The translations under genes and the position numbers were made by a program. Below the pieces are notes generated by a model. That model ran no database searches. It saw nothing but the letters and a program-made list of their open reading frames with translations, and had not been told where the DNA came from. Positions 24,090 through 33,221 of a DNA stretch of 64,000 nucleotides are shown here, in pieces (within the stretch, counting starts at the first letter, position 1; each line of letters opens with the position of its first letter). Source of the DNA: an uncultured Lachnoclostridium sp. (GTDB lineage: Bacteria > Bacillota > Clostridia > Lachnospirales > Lachnospiraceae); assembly GCA_946402335.1 (NCBI GenBank), contig CAMIWE010000003.1, forward strand, positions 2,400-66,399, in the 5' to 3' direction.

Positions 24090-25370
24090 CTATCTGATTT
24101 CACTCTTACCGCCCATATACGGTCTCAATACTTCCGGAATGCGGATGCTTCCGTCTGCCTGCAGGTTGTTCTCAAGGAACGCAATCAGCATACGGGGCGG
24201 AGCCACAACCGTATTGTTAAGGGTATGGGCAAAATACTTACTGCCATCAGCACCCTGCACACGGATCTGCAAACGGCGTGCCTGCGCGTCGCCGAGCGTG
24301 GAACAGGAGCCGACTTCAAAATACTTCTTCTGACGGGGAGACCATGCTTCCACGTCACAGCTCTTAACCTTCAGATCGGCAAGATCTCCGGAGCAGCACT
24401 CAAGCGTTCTTACCGGAATATCCATGGAGCGGAACAGGTCAACCGTGTTCTTCCACAGCTTGTTGTACCAGGTCATGCTGTCCTCAGGCTTACAGATGAC
24501 GATCATCTCCTGCTTCTCAAACTGATGGATACGGTATACGCCGCGCTCTTCGATTCCGTGCGCGCCTTTCTCCTTACGGAAGCAAGGCGAATAGCTCGTC
24601 AGCGTGTACGGAAGGTCAGCCTCCTGATTGATGCTGTCGATGAATTTACCGATCATGGAATGCTCACTGGTACCGATCAGGTAAAGATCCTCTCCCTCGA
24701 TCTTGTACATCATGTTCTCCATCTCGGCAAAACTCATAACGCCGCTTACCACTTCGCCGTGAATCATGAACGGAGGCACTACATAGGTAAAGCCGCGGTC
24801 AATCATGAAGTCACGCGCATAAGCGATCACTGCGGAATGCAGTCTTGCGATATCACCCATGAGATAATAAAATCCGTTACCGGCAACTCTTCTGGCAGCA
24901 TCCAGGTCAATACCGTTAAATCGTTCCATAATCTCGGTGTGATAAGGAATCTCAAAATCCGGAACAACGGGCTCGCCGAACTTTTCAATCTCCACGTTCT
25001 GCGAATCGTCTTTACCGATTGGAACGCTCGGATCGATGATGTTCGGGATAACCATCATTCTCTTCTTAACTTCTGCGGAGTATTCCTCCTCCAGTTTCTC
25101 AAGTTCTGCGAGACGCTCGGAGAAAGCATTCACCTTCCGCTTCATCTCTTCAGCCTCTTCCTTCTTGCCCTGAGCCATCAAAGCACCGATGGATTTGCTG
25201 ATCTTGTTGCGGTCAGAACGCAACTGGTCGGCCTCCTGCTTGGCCGCACGGTTCTTGCGGTCAAAATCTATTACCTCATCCACAAGCACAAGCTTGGCAT
25301 CCTGGAACTTCTTACGGATGTTTTCTTTTACTGCCTCGGGGTTCTCCCGGACGAATTTAATATCTAACAT
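24090..25370 (-). CDS. serS: Seryl-tRNA synthetase
   Basis: 426 aa. It has the N-terminal coiled-coil arm (MLDIKFVRENPEAVKENIRKK...) and a class II core typical of bacterial SerRS. Confidence 0.95.
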   Translation of the reverse strand: MLDIKFVRENPEAVKENIRKKFQDAKLVLVDEVIDFDRKNRAAKQEADQLRSDRNKISKSIGALMAQGKKEEAEEMKRKVNAFSERLAELEKLEEEYSAEVKKRMMVIPNIIDPSVPIGKDDSQNVEIEKFGEPVVPDFEIPYHTEIMERFNGIDLDAARRVAGNGFYYLMGDIARLHSAVIAYARDFMIDRGFTYVVPPFMIHGEVVSGVMSFAEMENMMYKIEGEDLYLIGTSEHSMIGKFIDSINQEADLPYTLTSYSPCFRKEKGAHGIEERGVYRIHQFEKQEMIVICKPEDSMTWYNKLWKNTVDLFRSMDIPVRTLECCSGDLADLKVKSCDVEAWSPRQKKYFEVGSCSTLGDAQARRLQIRVQGADGSKYFAHTLNNTVVAPPRMLIAFLENNLQADGSIRIPEVLRPYMGGKSEIR

Positions 25371-25430
25371 CTTGCTACCTCTTTTTACTTCATTTAGTAC
25401 TTAAAATACTACGAACACAAAGATATAGTT

Positions 25431-25459
25431 ATTATACCATTTCTGCCCGATATATTCAA
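25431..25459 (-). promoter_or_regulatory. Strong sigma-70-like promoter for serS (-35 TTGAAT, 17 nt, -10 TATAAT)
   Basis: Minus-strand reading is TTGAATatatcgggcagaaatggTATAAT. It leaves a 5' UTR of only about 55 nt. Confidence 0.55.
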
Positions 25460-25628
25460 GCACATTTACCCCGCAAAATCCGGAAAATGTGCGAAAAAAG
25501 ACCAAAATCACTTGTGTATTTAATGTGATTTTAATGAAGTCATAATTGAAAAAACAGGATTGATAACTTATAATGCTATTGAATATAAAAGAAAGAACCG
25601 ACGGCTGTCGATTCCGTCGTACATAATC

Positions 25629-26498
25629 ATGTTTGAATTTATTGTTTTCATCATAATTGTCAGTATCATCCGGAATGCCGTTGCCAACGACAAGCAAAAG
25701 TCCAACCGCGGCAAGAACCCGTATTCCGGCGGATACTCTGCCAATCAGCGTGCACGGATGCAGGAACAGAGACGCCGTCAGCAGGAACTGTTAAACAATC
25801 TCCGGCAGATCCAGCGTCCCGGCTCCGTCAATACGAATCCGTATTCAAATCCGTACCGTCAGCAAAACGGCTCGTCCTATTCGAGACAAAATCCCTATGC
25901 AGGTTATAACCGCAATTTGACCAACTACGGCTCTCCTGTTATGCCGCAGACGACCCCGACCAACACGGTTAACTCCTACGGTCTCCCGTCAGCGCAGCGG
26001 AAACGTAAGAAGATTGTTCAGAAATTCAGCGACAAGCACGGATTGAATCTTACCGCACAGGATATTGAACAGATTGTCTCCGCTTCCTATATGAACACCA
26101 ACTGGGCCCGTGAGATCTGCTTCATGAACCGCAAATACGAAACCGTTTACGAATGGTTCGGTACCGGTTCCCAGTGGTTAAAGGCATATCTGTATGCGTT
26201 TCCGCTTCAGCAGGTTTCCACTGATTTCAATATGCAGGAACAGATTGTATACGCCGCATTTGACGAAGTCTTTAATGACATTCTGTCAAAACCCGGAATT
26301 ACCGTTCCGGAAGCCATCTGGGAGATCAACACCAAGTATTTCACGCAGTTTGACGAATCCACGTTTATGATTGCCTACCGTTTCATGGAAGCCAAAGGCA
26401 AGAAGTACGCTTTGAATATCGGCAACGTCATACATGATACAAGCGATATCGACGATCTCCTCTCCAAATACGAGCAGACCGGTACGCCGATGCGTTAG
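25629..26498 (+). CDS. Hypothetical membrane-anchored protein with Q/N/R/P-rich linker
   Basis: The track ORF is 25560..26498 with a TTG start. The ATG at 25629 opens directly on a TM helix (MFEFIVFIIIVSIIRNAV). A low-complexity Q/N/P/Y-rich region follows, then a ~170-aa globular domain of no family I recognise. The start is uncertain. Confidence 0.6.
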   Translation: MFEFIVFIIIVSIIRNAVANDKQKSNRGKNPYSGGYSANQRARMQEQRRRQQELLNNLRQIQRPGSVNTNPYSNPYRQQNGSSYSRQNPYAGYNRNLTNYGSPVMPQTTPTNTVNSYGLPSAQRKRKKIVQKFSDKHGLNLTAQDIEQIVSASYMNTNWAREICFMNRKYETVYEWFGTGSQWLKAYLYAFPLQQVSTDFNMQEQIVYAAFDEVFNDILSKPGITVPEAIWEINTKYFTQFDESTFMIAYRFMEAKGKKYALNIGNVIHDTSDIDDLLSKYEQTGTPMR

Positions 26499-26559
26499 GC
26501 AAATGCTTCATTATACGAACGTCTTCCAACAATTCCAAAAGATTATTGTAAAAACAACA

Positions 26560-26594
26560 ACGTCCCCCGCAATCTGCAGGGGACGTACTTTTTT
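26560..26594. terminator. Bidirectional terminator between convergent genes
   Basis: The stem is ACGTCCCC / GGGGACGT. It is followed by TTTTTTATTTT on the plus strand and by TGTTGTTTTT on the minus strand. Confidence 0.65.
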
Positions 26595-27372
26595 ATTTTC
26601 TTTTCTTCTTCGGAAGAAGCGAACGGTAAGGAATATCCCCGCCGAACAGGGATAAGGCGCTTCCGATCGTATAGTTCAGTTTCCCGTCGGATACTTCCTC
26701 GATCATTTTCACATCTTCCATCGAATGGATTCCACCGGCATAGGTAATCCGATTCCCGCGCTTATAGTTCGAAAGCAGGCGGATCAGGGCTTTGTCGGGG
26801 CCTTTCCGCTTTCCTTCCACATCGACGCCATGAATCAGGAACTCATCGCAGTATTCGGTCAACTTATTTAATAATGTCAGATTCAGTCTGGACTTCGTTA
26901 TATGCTGCCAGCGGTCGGTCGCCACATAATAGTCCTTGCCGACCCTTTTACAGCTCAGGTCAATTACGAGGTGCTCCTTGCCGACGGCGTCACGCATCTT
27001 AATAAGCCGTTCTTCATCCAGCTCTCCGTCCACGAACAGATAAGACGTCACGATAACATGGCTCGCGCCTGCGGCAATGTAGTCTATCGCATTAGATGCA
27101 TTTATGCCTCCGCCGATCTGCAGCCCCTGCGGATACGCCTTAAGCGCCTCCAAGGCCTGTTCTCTTGTCGCGGAATAATATTCCGTTCCCTCTTTATTGA
27201 GAAGAATAATATGACCGCCCGAAAGTCCGTCCTTTTGATACATACGGGCATAATCGGCTGCGGACAATTCCGAAACGAAATTCTCCTTCGCAAAAGAGCC
27301 GGCGTCCTTCAGCGAACCGCCGACAATCTGCTTCACCTGTCCGTTGTGAATGTCAATACATGGTCTGAACAT
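26593..27372 (-). CDS. hisA: ProFAR isomerase of the eukaryotic His6 type (HisA family)
   Basis: 259 aa. MFRPCIDIHNGQVKQIVGGSL...LQIGGGIN...VIVTSYLF...LVIDLSCK...EFLIHGVDVEGKRKG...ITYAGGIHSMEDV...YTIGSALSLFGG is collinear with yeast His6 as I recall it. Confidence 0.75.
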   Translation of the reverse strand: MFRPCIDIHNGQVKQIVGGSLKDAGSFAKENFVSELSAADYARMYQKDGLSGGHIILLNKEGTEYYSATREQALEALKAYPQGLQIGGGINASNAIDYIAAGASHVIVTSYLFVDGELDEERLIKMRDAVGKEHLVIDLSCKRVGKDYYVATDRWQHITKSRLNLTLLNKLTEYCDEFLIHGVDVEGKRKGPDKALIRLLSNYKRGNRITYAGGIHSMEDVKMIEEVSDGKLNYTIGSALSLFGGDIPYRSLLPKKKRK

Positions 27373-27383
27373 CGAAAACCTCT

Positions 27384-27863
27384 TTATTTATGGTATGGTT
27401 CATGATTGCTGATGCGGCAGGCACGGTATATCTGCTCCGCAAGAATCACACGCATCAGCTGGTGCGGAAACGTCATATCCGAAAAGCTCAGCTTCCTGTC
27501 CGCTTTCTTTACAACCTCGGGTGACAGTCCCAGAGACCCGCCGATAATAAACTGGATATGGCTGAAGCCGTCCAGTTTGATCTTGTCGATCATTTTGGCA
27601 AATCCGACCGAATCCGTCTTCGTTCCGTCAATGCAAAGCGCAATCTTATAAGCTTCGTCGCTCAGATGCTTTAATATTCTCTCGCCCTCGGTCATAAGCA
27701 CCTGGCGTTCCTCCGCCGGGGAAGCATTATCAAGCGTCTTCTCATCTGCCACCTCCGCGATATCCAAAGTAACATACCGGCTAAGGCGTTTCGCATATTC
27801 CGAAAGTGCCTCCCGGTAGAACGATTCCTTGATTTTACCGACACATACGATGGTTATCTTCAT
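27384..27863 (-). CDS. rlmH: 23S rRNA (pseudouridine1915-N3)-methyltransferase
   Basis: 159 aa of SPOUT family. It starts MKITIVCVGKIKESFYREALSEYAKRL and ends HQLMRVILAEQIYRACRI..EPYHK. Confidence 0.9.
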   Translation of the reverse strand: MKITIVCVGKIKESFYREALSEYAKRLSRYVTLDIAEVADEKTLDNASPAEERQVLMTEGERILKHLSDEAYKIALCIDGTKTDSVGFAKMIDKIKLDGFSHIQFIIGGSLGLSPEVVKKADRKLSFSDMTFPHQLMRVILAEQIYRACRISNHEPYHK

Positions 27864-28729
27864 TGCTGTCCCTGCTTATTTCCTTCCTTGCGAAGCGGCG
27901 TGATCTTCACCTGGTTCACCATCTTATGCTTACAGGAAAGGATGTCAAATACGTACCCTCCGTACGGAATGACGGCCTTCTCATTGTCCGCAGGCACATG
28001 ATCTAAAAGCGAAGTAAGAAGTCCGTTCAGCGTTTCAAAATTCGACCGGTCCGTTTCCGTTACTTCCCAGTCGGGAATCTTCTCCATTAATTCCTCAAGC
28101 GGCACGCTGCCCTTTACGAATAAGGCGTCGCCCTTTTTCTTGGCTACGATTTCTTCCTTATCGTATTCGTCCTGAATATCGCCTACGATTTCCTCGAGAA
28201 TGTCCTCCATGCAGACGATTCCGGACGTCTGACCGTATTCGTCGATTACGACCGCCATATGAATCTTTTTGCTCTGCATCTCATCGAAAAGCGTATCAAG
28301 AGGCAGCGTCTCCGGCACGCAGAACGGTGCACGGGCAATCTCGGAAAGCGGCGTATTGCGGTCGCCTTCCAGGTACGCGAGCATAACGTCCTTCAGATAC
28401 AGAATACCGATAATGTTATCATTGGTCGTATCGTAAAGAGGATACCGCGTATAATTGCAGTGCAGCATGTGATGCAGTGCCTTCTCCATCGAAGTATCCT
28501 TGGAGATCGCGTCCATACGGCTGCGGTGCGTCATGATATCCTTTGCCTGGGTGTCGGAAAATTCCATGATATGCGAGATCATCTCGACCTCGCCTTCCTC
28601 CAGTGCGCCCTGGTTTTTGTAATCATTTACGATCGATAAGATTTCCTCGTCGGCATTGTCTTCATTCTTTCTGCCGCGCAGCTTGTCACGGAGCCTCTCA
28701 AACAGGCCCGTACTTTCTTTTTCTTCCAT
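27860..28729 (-). CDS. CBS-pair + CorC/HlyC C-terminal domain protein (CorC-like, no membrane domain)
   Basis: 289 aa. EGEVEMISHIMEFSDTQAKDIMTHRSRM opens the CBS pair, and a transporter-associated C-terminal domain follows. It overlaps rlmH by 4 nt. Confidence 0.8.
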   Translation of the reverse strand: MEEKESTGLFERLRDKLRGRKNEDNADEEILSIVNDYKNQGALEEGEVEMISHIMEFSDTQAKDIMTHRSRMDAISKDTSMEKALHHMLHCNYTRYPLYDTTNDNIIGILYLKDVMLAYLEGDRNTPLSEIARAPFCVPETLPLDTLFDEMQSKKIHMAVVIDEYGQTSGIVCMEDILEEIVGDIQDEYDKEEIVAKKKGDALFVKGSVPLEELMEKIPDWEVTETDRSNFETLNGLLTSLLDHVPADNEKAVIPYGGYVFDILSCKHKMVNQVKITPLRKEGNKQGQQ

Positions 28730-28782
28730 TCCATCCTCCGGATATTACAGCATTAATGTTTCACGAAAAGGGACACTGCGTG

Positions 28783-30309
28783 TCAGCAGCCCTTCAAAAC
28801 GGTTCCGACCGCATCGGCGATATCGCCTGCCATCGTGCCGTGGCTGCCGATGGTTTCCTTACAATAATCACCGGCCAGACCGTGAATAAATACCGCAGCA
28901 CTGGCTGCATGTGCCATCGGCCAGTCCGCCGCGGCAAGCGCACCGCAAACACCCGACAGGACATCTCCACTGCCTGCGGTTCCCATGGCCTCATTGCCGC
29001 TTCGGTTCAGATAATATCCTCTCTCACTGACGACAATGGAGCAGGAATCCTTCCAAACCCATATAAACTCACAATATTTGCGGATCATCTTCGTAAGAAC
29101 AAGCGGATCACTCTTCAGCTCTGAAACCGGAATGTTCAGAAGTCTGCTGATCTCGCCCGGATGCGGCGTAATGATCGTATCGTTCGGAAGCCAGTCGTTT
29201 AAAAGATGCAGTCTGTGCTCCGGATCCGCGCTCATACGGTCCAGTCTTGCCGCAAGAATATTCAATGCATCCGCATCAAGAACAAGACGCTTGCCGTATT
29301 GGATGGCAAGGTCTACAAGCCTCTCCGCTTCGTCGTCGGTACCGAGTCCCGGACCAATCACGATCACATTATCAAAACCCTCAAAGGGGTTGGTTTTATG
29401 AAACGCCTCTTCTCTTGATACGGCGATTGCTTCAGGTACATAGCCGTGAAGCGTAGGCAATACTTCCGATGCCGTAATGACACGGACAAGTCCGGCACCG
29501 CTCCGGTACATCGCCTTTGCCGCAAGACAGGCTGCCCCGGGCATCCCGGCAGATCCGGCAACAAGCGAAATCTTGCCGAAACTTCCTTTGTTGCCGTCCA
29601 TATCCCGCTCCGGCAGTCCGCAGTCTTCGATTGAGTCAAATGTCACATATTCGGGGATTTCATCGCTCTCGGGAAGTCCGATATCCGCAATCACAAGTTT
29701 CCCGACATACTTCTTTCCGGGATACAATAACAGTCCGCTCTTCGGATAGGAAAATGTGACCGTCACATCGGCCCGTAACGCTCCTCCGAGTACTTTACCG
29801 CAGGTCGCGTCCACACCGGAAGGAATATCAATTGCCACAACCTTCGGACGTTTTGCAAGGCGGTTGATCCGTTCAAAAACACGGACAATGTCCCCATTTA
29901 CCGCTCGGTTAAGCCCGATTCCGAAAACACCGTCCAGAATAGAGTCATAACGAACGAAATCCGGCAGATTGGTCGTATAATTGAAAACCTCAAACGGGTA
30001 TCCGTATGCCTTCAAAAGTTCCCACTGCTCATTCAGTTCCTTACAGTTGTTCTCATAGTAAAAGGTCATGAAATCACAGGGAATGCCCTTTCCGAGCAAC
30101 AGCCTACCGGCTGCTACGGCATCGCCGCCGTTCTTACCGGCTCCGACAAGAATCAATACCCGCGAAGCCCCTGCTGCTTCCTTCACAACGGCCATAGCGG
30201 CATGCTCCATCAGCAAAGCCGAGGAAATCTCGTGATTGGAAATAAAAGAAGCCTCAATTGCCTTCATCTGCTCGGCCGTAACTACTCTGTCACCGAATCT
30301 CTCGTTCAT
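28783..30309 (-). CDS. nnr: Bifunctional NAD(P)H-hydrate repair enzyme (epimerase + ADP-dependent dehydratase)
   Basis: 508 aa. It has an N-terminal YjeF_N domain (VLILVGAGKNGGDAVAAG) and a C-terminal carbohydrate-kinase-like domain (GTAGSGDVLSGV). Confidence 0.9.
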   Translation of the reverse strand: MNERFGDRVVTAEQMKAIEASFISNHEISSALLMEHAAMAVVKEAAGASRVLILVGAGKNGGDAVAAGRLLLGKGIPCDFMTFYYENNCKELNEQWELLKAYGYPFEVFNYTTNLPDFVRYDSILDGVFGIGLNRAVNGDIVRVFERINRLAKRPKVVAIDIPSGVDATCGKVLGGALRADVTVTFSYPKSGLLLYPGKKYVGKLVIADIGLPESDEIPEYVTFDSIEDCGLPERDMDGNKGSFGKISLVAGSAGMPGAACLAAKAMYRSGAGLVRVITASEVLPTLHGYVPEAIAVSREEAFHKTNPFEGFDNVIVIGPGLGTDDEAERLVDLAIQYGKRLVLDADALNILAARLDRMSADPEHRLHLLNDWLPNDTIITPHPGEISRLLNIPVSELKSDPLVLTKMIRKYCEFIWVWKDSCSIVVSERGYYLNRSGNEAMGTAGSGDVLSGVCGALAAADWPMAHAASAAVFIHGLAGDYCKETIGSHGTMAGDIADAVGTVLKGC

Positions 30310-30321
30310 CAGAAATCCTCC

Positions 30322-31032
30322 TTAGCGGATCTCGCTTCCGCCCCACTCAACTACGGTAAAACCGGTTCTTTCGGGTGCCGTCAGTTCCTGCGCCGGAATC
30401 TCAACAGGCTTTTTGCTTCCGTACCATGCCATGAATACACGGATCACGGTATCGGGTTCAGGGCTGATCTGCAACCCGGCCCTGTCGGTATAAGCTTCCT
30501 TCTGGAAACTGATCACATTGTACGCGTTCTCTTCCATAAGCGGCAGCCAGTATACGATAAATTCATTGGCTTCCCTTCTGGTAAGGCCGAGCTTCGCAAG
30601 GGCCTCCTCAAGGAATGCTGCCGTCTCGCTGCCCTTCACACAAAAGCCCTTGGACATGTCATACACGCTATCGTCTTCTCCTTCCCAGTAAAGGTAATTA
30701 TATACTTTTCCGTCTGCATCGGTAAGCGTGCCGTCCGGTTGCGCCATAACAGTCCAGCCATCCTGATAGGAAGGATAAGTGCAGGTCAGTTTTCCCGCGA
30801 AATCCAGTTTAACCGATACATCGGTTGTTTCCTCCGGATATAGATAGATAACCGGTTTTCTAACCTTCAACTGCCTGCTCGCCCACCACTCATAAATAAA
30901 TAATCCAAATACAATCGCAACCAAAGCAAGAATTGCAATCACGGCGACTTTCCGGCCTTTCTTACGCTTTTCTTCCTTCTTCAGTTCCATCGCAATACGC
31001 TGTTCTTCACTCATCGGATAATCATCATCCAT
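30322..31032 (-). CDS. Hypothetical single-pass membrane protein
   Basis: 236 aa with a charged N-terminus, a TM helix VAVIAILALVAIVFGLFIY and a ~170-aa extracytoplasmic domain. No family recognised. Confidence 0.7.
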   Translation of the reverse strand: MDDDYPMSEEQRIAMELKKEEKRKKGRKVAVIAILALVAIVFGLFIYEWWASRQLKVRKPVIYLYPEETTDVSVKLDFAGKLTCTYPSYQDGWTVMAQPDGTLTDADGKVYNYLYWEGEDDSVYDMSKGFCVKGSETAAFLEEALAKLGLTRREANEFIVYWLPLMEENAYNVISFQKEAYTDRAGLQISPEPDTVIRVFMAWYGSKKPVEIPAQELTAPERTGFTVVEWGGSEIR

Positions 31033-31195
31033 AGTAAGCCCCTCCCCAAGATTTATTATTGTGTCCTATAAAATATATTATAAGAAAATGAACCTCCTCC
31101 GTCAAGGAGAAGCGCGAAGCGGTTGCATTTTCCGGCATAATCCTTTAGAATAGATGAGGCGCACCGGCGCCAGATTAGGAAACGGAATTATCATT

Positions 31196-33112
31196 ATGAT
31201 TTTACAGGTTAACAATATAAGCAAAGCGTTCGGGGAAGAAGTCGTACTTTCTAACGTCAGCTTCCATATGAACGAGCACGATAAAGTTGCGCTTATCGGT
31301 CGCAACGGCGCAGGCAAAACGACGCTTCTAAGGATCATCCTCGGGGAACTTTCCGCGGACGAAGGCGAGATCACGATTGCCAAAACGACGACCATCGGCT
31401 ACCTTTCCCAGCACCAGGACCTTTCCGGGAACCGCACCATCTACGAGGAAGTGCTTTCCGCCAAGGAACACCTTGTGGAAATTGAAGCCCGCCTTCGTGA
31501 AATTGAAAAGGAAATGAAGCACTTAAGCGGTGCGGAGCTTGACGCCAAATACAAAGAATATGAGCGTCTGAATCATACCTTCGAACAGGAGAACGGCTAT
31601 GCCCTCCGCTCCGAGGTGACCGGTATCATTAAAGGTCTCGGATTCAGTGAAGAGGAATTCAACAAACCCGTTTCGGTGCTCTCCGGCGGTCAGAAGACTA
31701 GAGTTGCCCTTGGAAAGCTTCTTCTCTCCTCCCCGGAACTGATCATCCTCGATGAGCCGACCAACCATCTGGATATGGCAAGCATTGCGTGGCTTGAGAA
31801 CTATCTTGCCCTTTACAAGGGGTCCGTTCTGATCGTATCCCATGACCGGTATTTCTTAAACCGGATCGTCAACCGTGTTGTGGAGATCGAATTCGGCCGA
31901 TCCATGATGTACGAAGGCAATTACGATGCATTTTACGAAAAGAAAGCCCAGGCCCGCGAGGCGCAGAGACGCCAGTATCTGAACCAGCAGGCCTACATCA
32001 AGCATCAGGAGGAAGTCATTGCGAAGCTTCGCTCCTTCAACCGTGAGAAGTCCATCAAACGTGCCGAAAGCCGCGTAAAGATGCTTGAGAAGATCGAACG
32101 TGTTGAGAAACCGCAGGACGAGGAACAGGGCATGCGTATCCATCTCGTACCGTGCGTAGAAAGCGGCAAGGACGTTCTGACCGTGACCGGGCTTACAAAG
32201 TCATTTCCCGGCAATCCGCTCTTCCATGACATCAGTTTTCTGATAAAAAAAGGCGAGCGGGTCGCTCTTTTAGGGGAAAATGGAACCGGCAAAACAACAA
32301 TGCTTAAGATCATCCGCGGCCTGATGCCTGCCGATTCGGGAACGATTCGGGAAGGTGCCAAGGTTTATATCGGTTATTACGACCAGGAGCAGCAGAACTT
32401 TAACGAGGACAATACGGTCTTTGAGGAAATCAGTGACGACCATCCCGAGATGAACAATACCGAGATCCGGAATACCCTCGCTTCTTTCCTTTTCACCGGC
32501 GACGACGTGTTTAAACCGATTCCGACACTGTCGGGCGGTGAACGCGGACGCCTCTCCCTTGTAAAGCTGATGCTTTCGGAAGCCAATTTCCTGCTTTTAG
32601 ATGAGCCGACCAACCATCTGGACATCACGAGTAAGGAAATCCTGGAGGATGCCTTAAACGGCTACGAAGGAACGGTCTTCTACGTTTCCCACGACCGTTA
32701 TTTCGTCAACAAAACGGCTACCAGGATTCTCGACCTGACGCATGAGACCGTCATCTCCTACGAAGGCAATTATGAGTCTTATCTTGAACAGAAAGACCGT
32801 AAGGAAGCCGCCGCGGGGATTCGTTCGGAAGTTACGACGTCGACTGCTTCCGCTGCGCCTCCGACGGCCAATAAAGCCAACTGGATGGAGCAGAAAGCCA
32901 AAGACGCCCAGGATCGTAAGATCAAAAACCGGATTGCGAAGCTTGAGGAACTGATTGCCGGCTACGAGGCGCGGTTAAAAGAGATTGACGAAGCCATGCT
33001 GGCTCCCGAAAACTGTACGAACTCCTTCGCCCTCAATCAACTGACCGAGGAGAAAAACAAGGTTGAGGAAGCGCTGTTTGAAGCCATGACCGAGTGGGAA
33101 GAATTGAGCTGA
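31196..33112 (+). CDS. ABC-F family ATPase (translation factor / ribosome-protection type) with C-terminal coiled-coil
   Basis: It has two NBDs (GRNGAGKTTLL, LSGGQKTRV; GENGTGKTTML, LSGGERGRL) joined by a charged linker and has no TM domain. I prefer the ATG at 31196 (MILQVNNISKAFG), the usual ABC-F N-terminus. The track start is 31154. Confidence 0.9.
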   Translation: MILQVNNISKAFGEEVVLSNVSFHMNEHDKVALIGRNGAGKTTLLRIILGELSADEGEITIAKTTTIGYLSQHQDLSGNRTIYEEVLSAKEHLVEIEARLREIEKEMKHLSGAELDAKYKEYERLNHTFEQENGYALRSEVTGIIKGLGFSEEEFNKPVSVLSGGQKTRVALGKLLLSSPELIILDEPTNHLDMASIAWLENYLALYKGSVLIVSHDRYFLNRIVNRVVEIEFGRSMMYEGNYDAFYEKKAQAREAQRRQYLNQQAYIKHQEEVIAKLRSFNREKSIKRAESRVKMLEKIERVEKPQDEEQGMRIHLVPCVESGKDVLTVTGLTKSFPGNPLFHDISFLIKKGERVALLGENGTGKTTMLKIIRGLMPADSGTIREGAKVYIGYYDQEQQNFNEDNTVFEEISDDHPEMNNTEIRNTLASFLFTGDDVFKPIPTLSGGERGRLSLVKLMLSEANFLLLDEPTNHLDITSKEILEDALNGYEGTVFYVSHDRYFVNKTATRILDLTHETVISYEGNYESYLEQKDRKEAAAGIRSEVTTSTASAAPPTANKANWMEQKAKDAQDRKIKNRIAKLEELIAGYEARLKEIDEAMLAPENCTNSFALNQLTEEKNKVEEALFEAMTEWEELS

Positions 33113-33181
33113 TGCCCGGAAGCCGAATTCCGGCGAAACCGGGGCTCTGATGCCCGAACCTTTCCTAAACAAACATAAAAT

Positions 33182-33221
33182 ACCCCTTCTCTGCACCGCT
33201 GCAAAGAAGGGGTCGTTTTTT
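33182..33221. terminator. Bidirectional terminator between the ABC-F and GntR genes
   Basis: The stem is ACCCCTTCT / AGAAGGGGT (33182-33213), followed by TTTTTT. Confidence 0.7.

Noticed and set aside
25371-25560. T-box riboswitch leaders upstream of serS (and of leuS at 52322-52404).
   Set aside because: The T-box core (GGTGGTACCGCG, i.e. CGCGGTACCACC on the plus strand) is absent. The serS promoter leaves a leader of only ~55 nt. leuS starts 83 nt after pyrF. Neither space can hold a 200-300-nt T-box leader.
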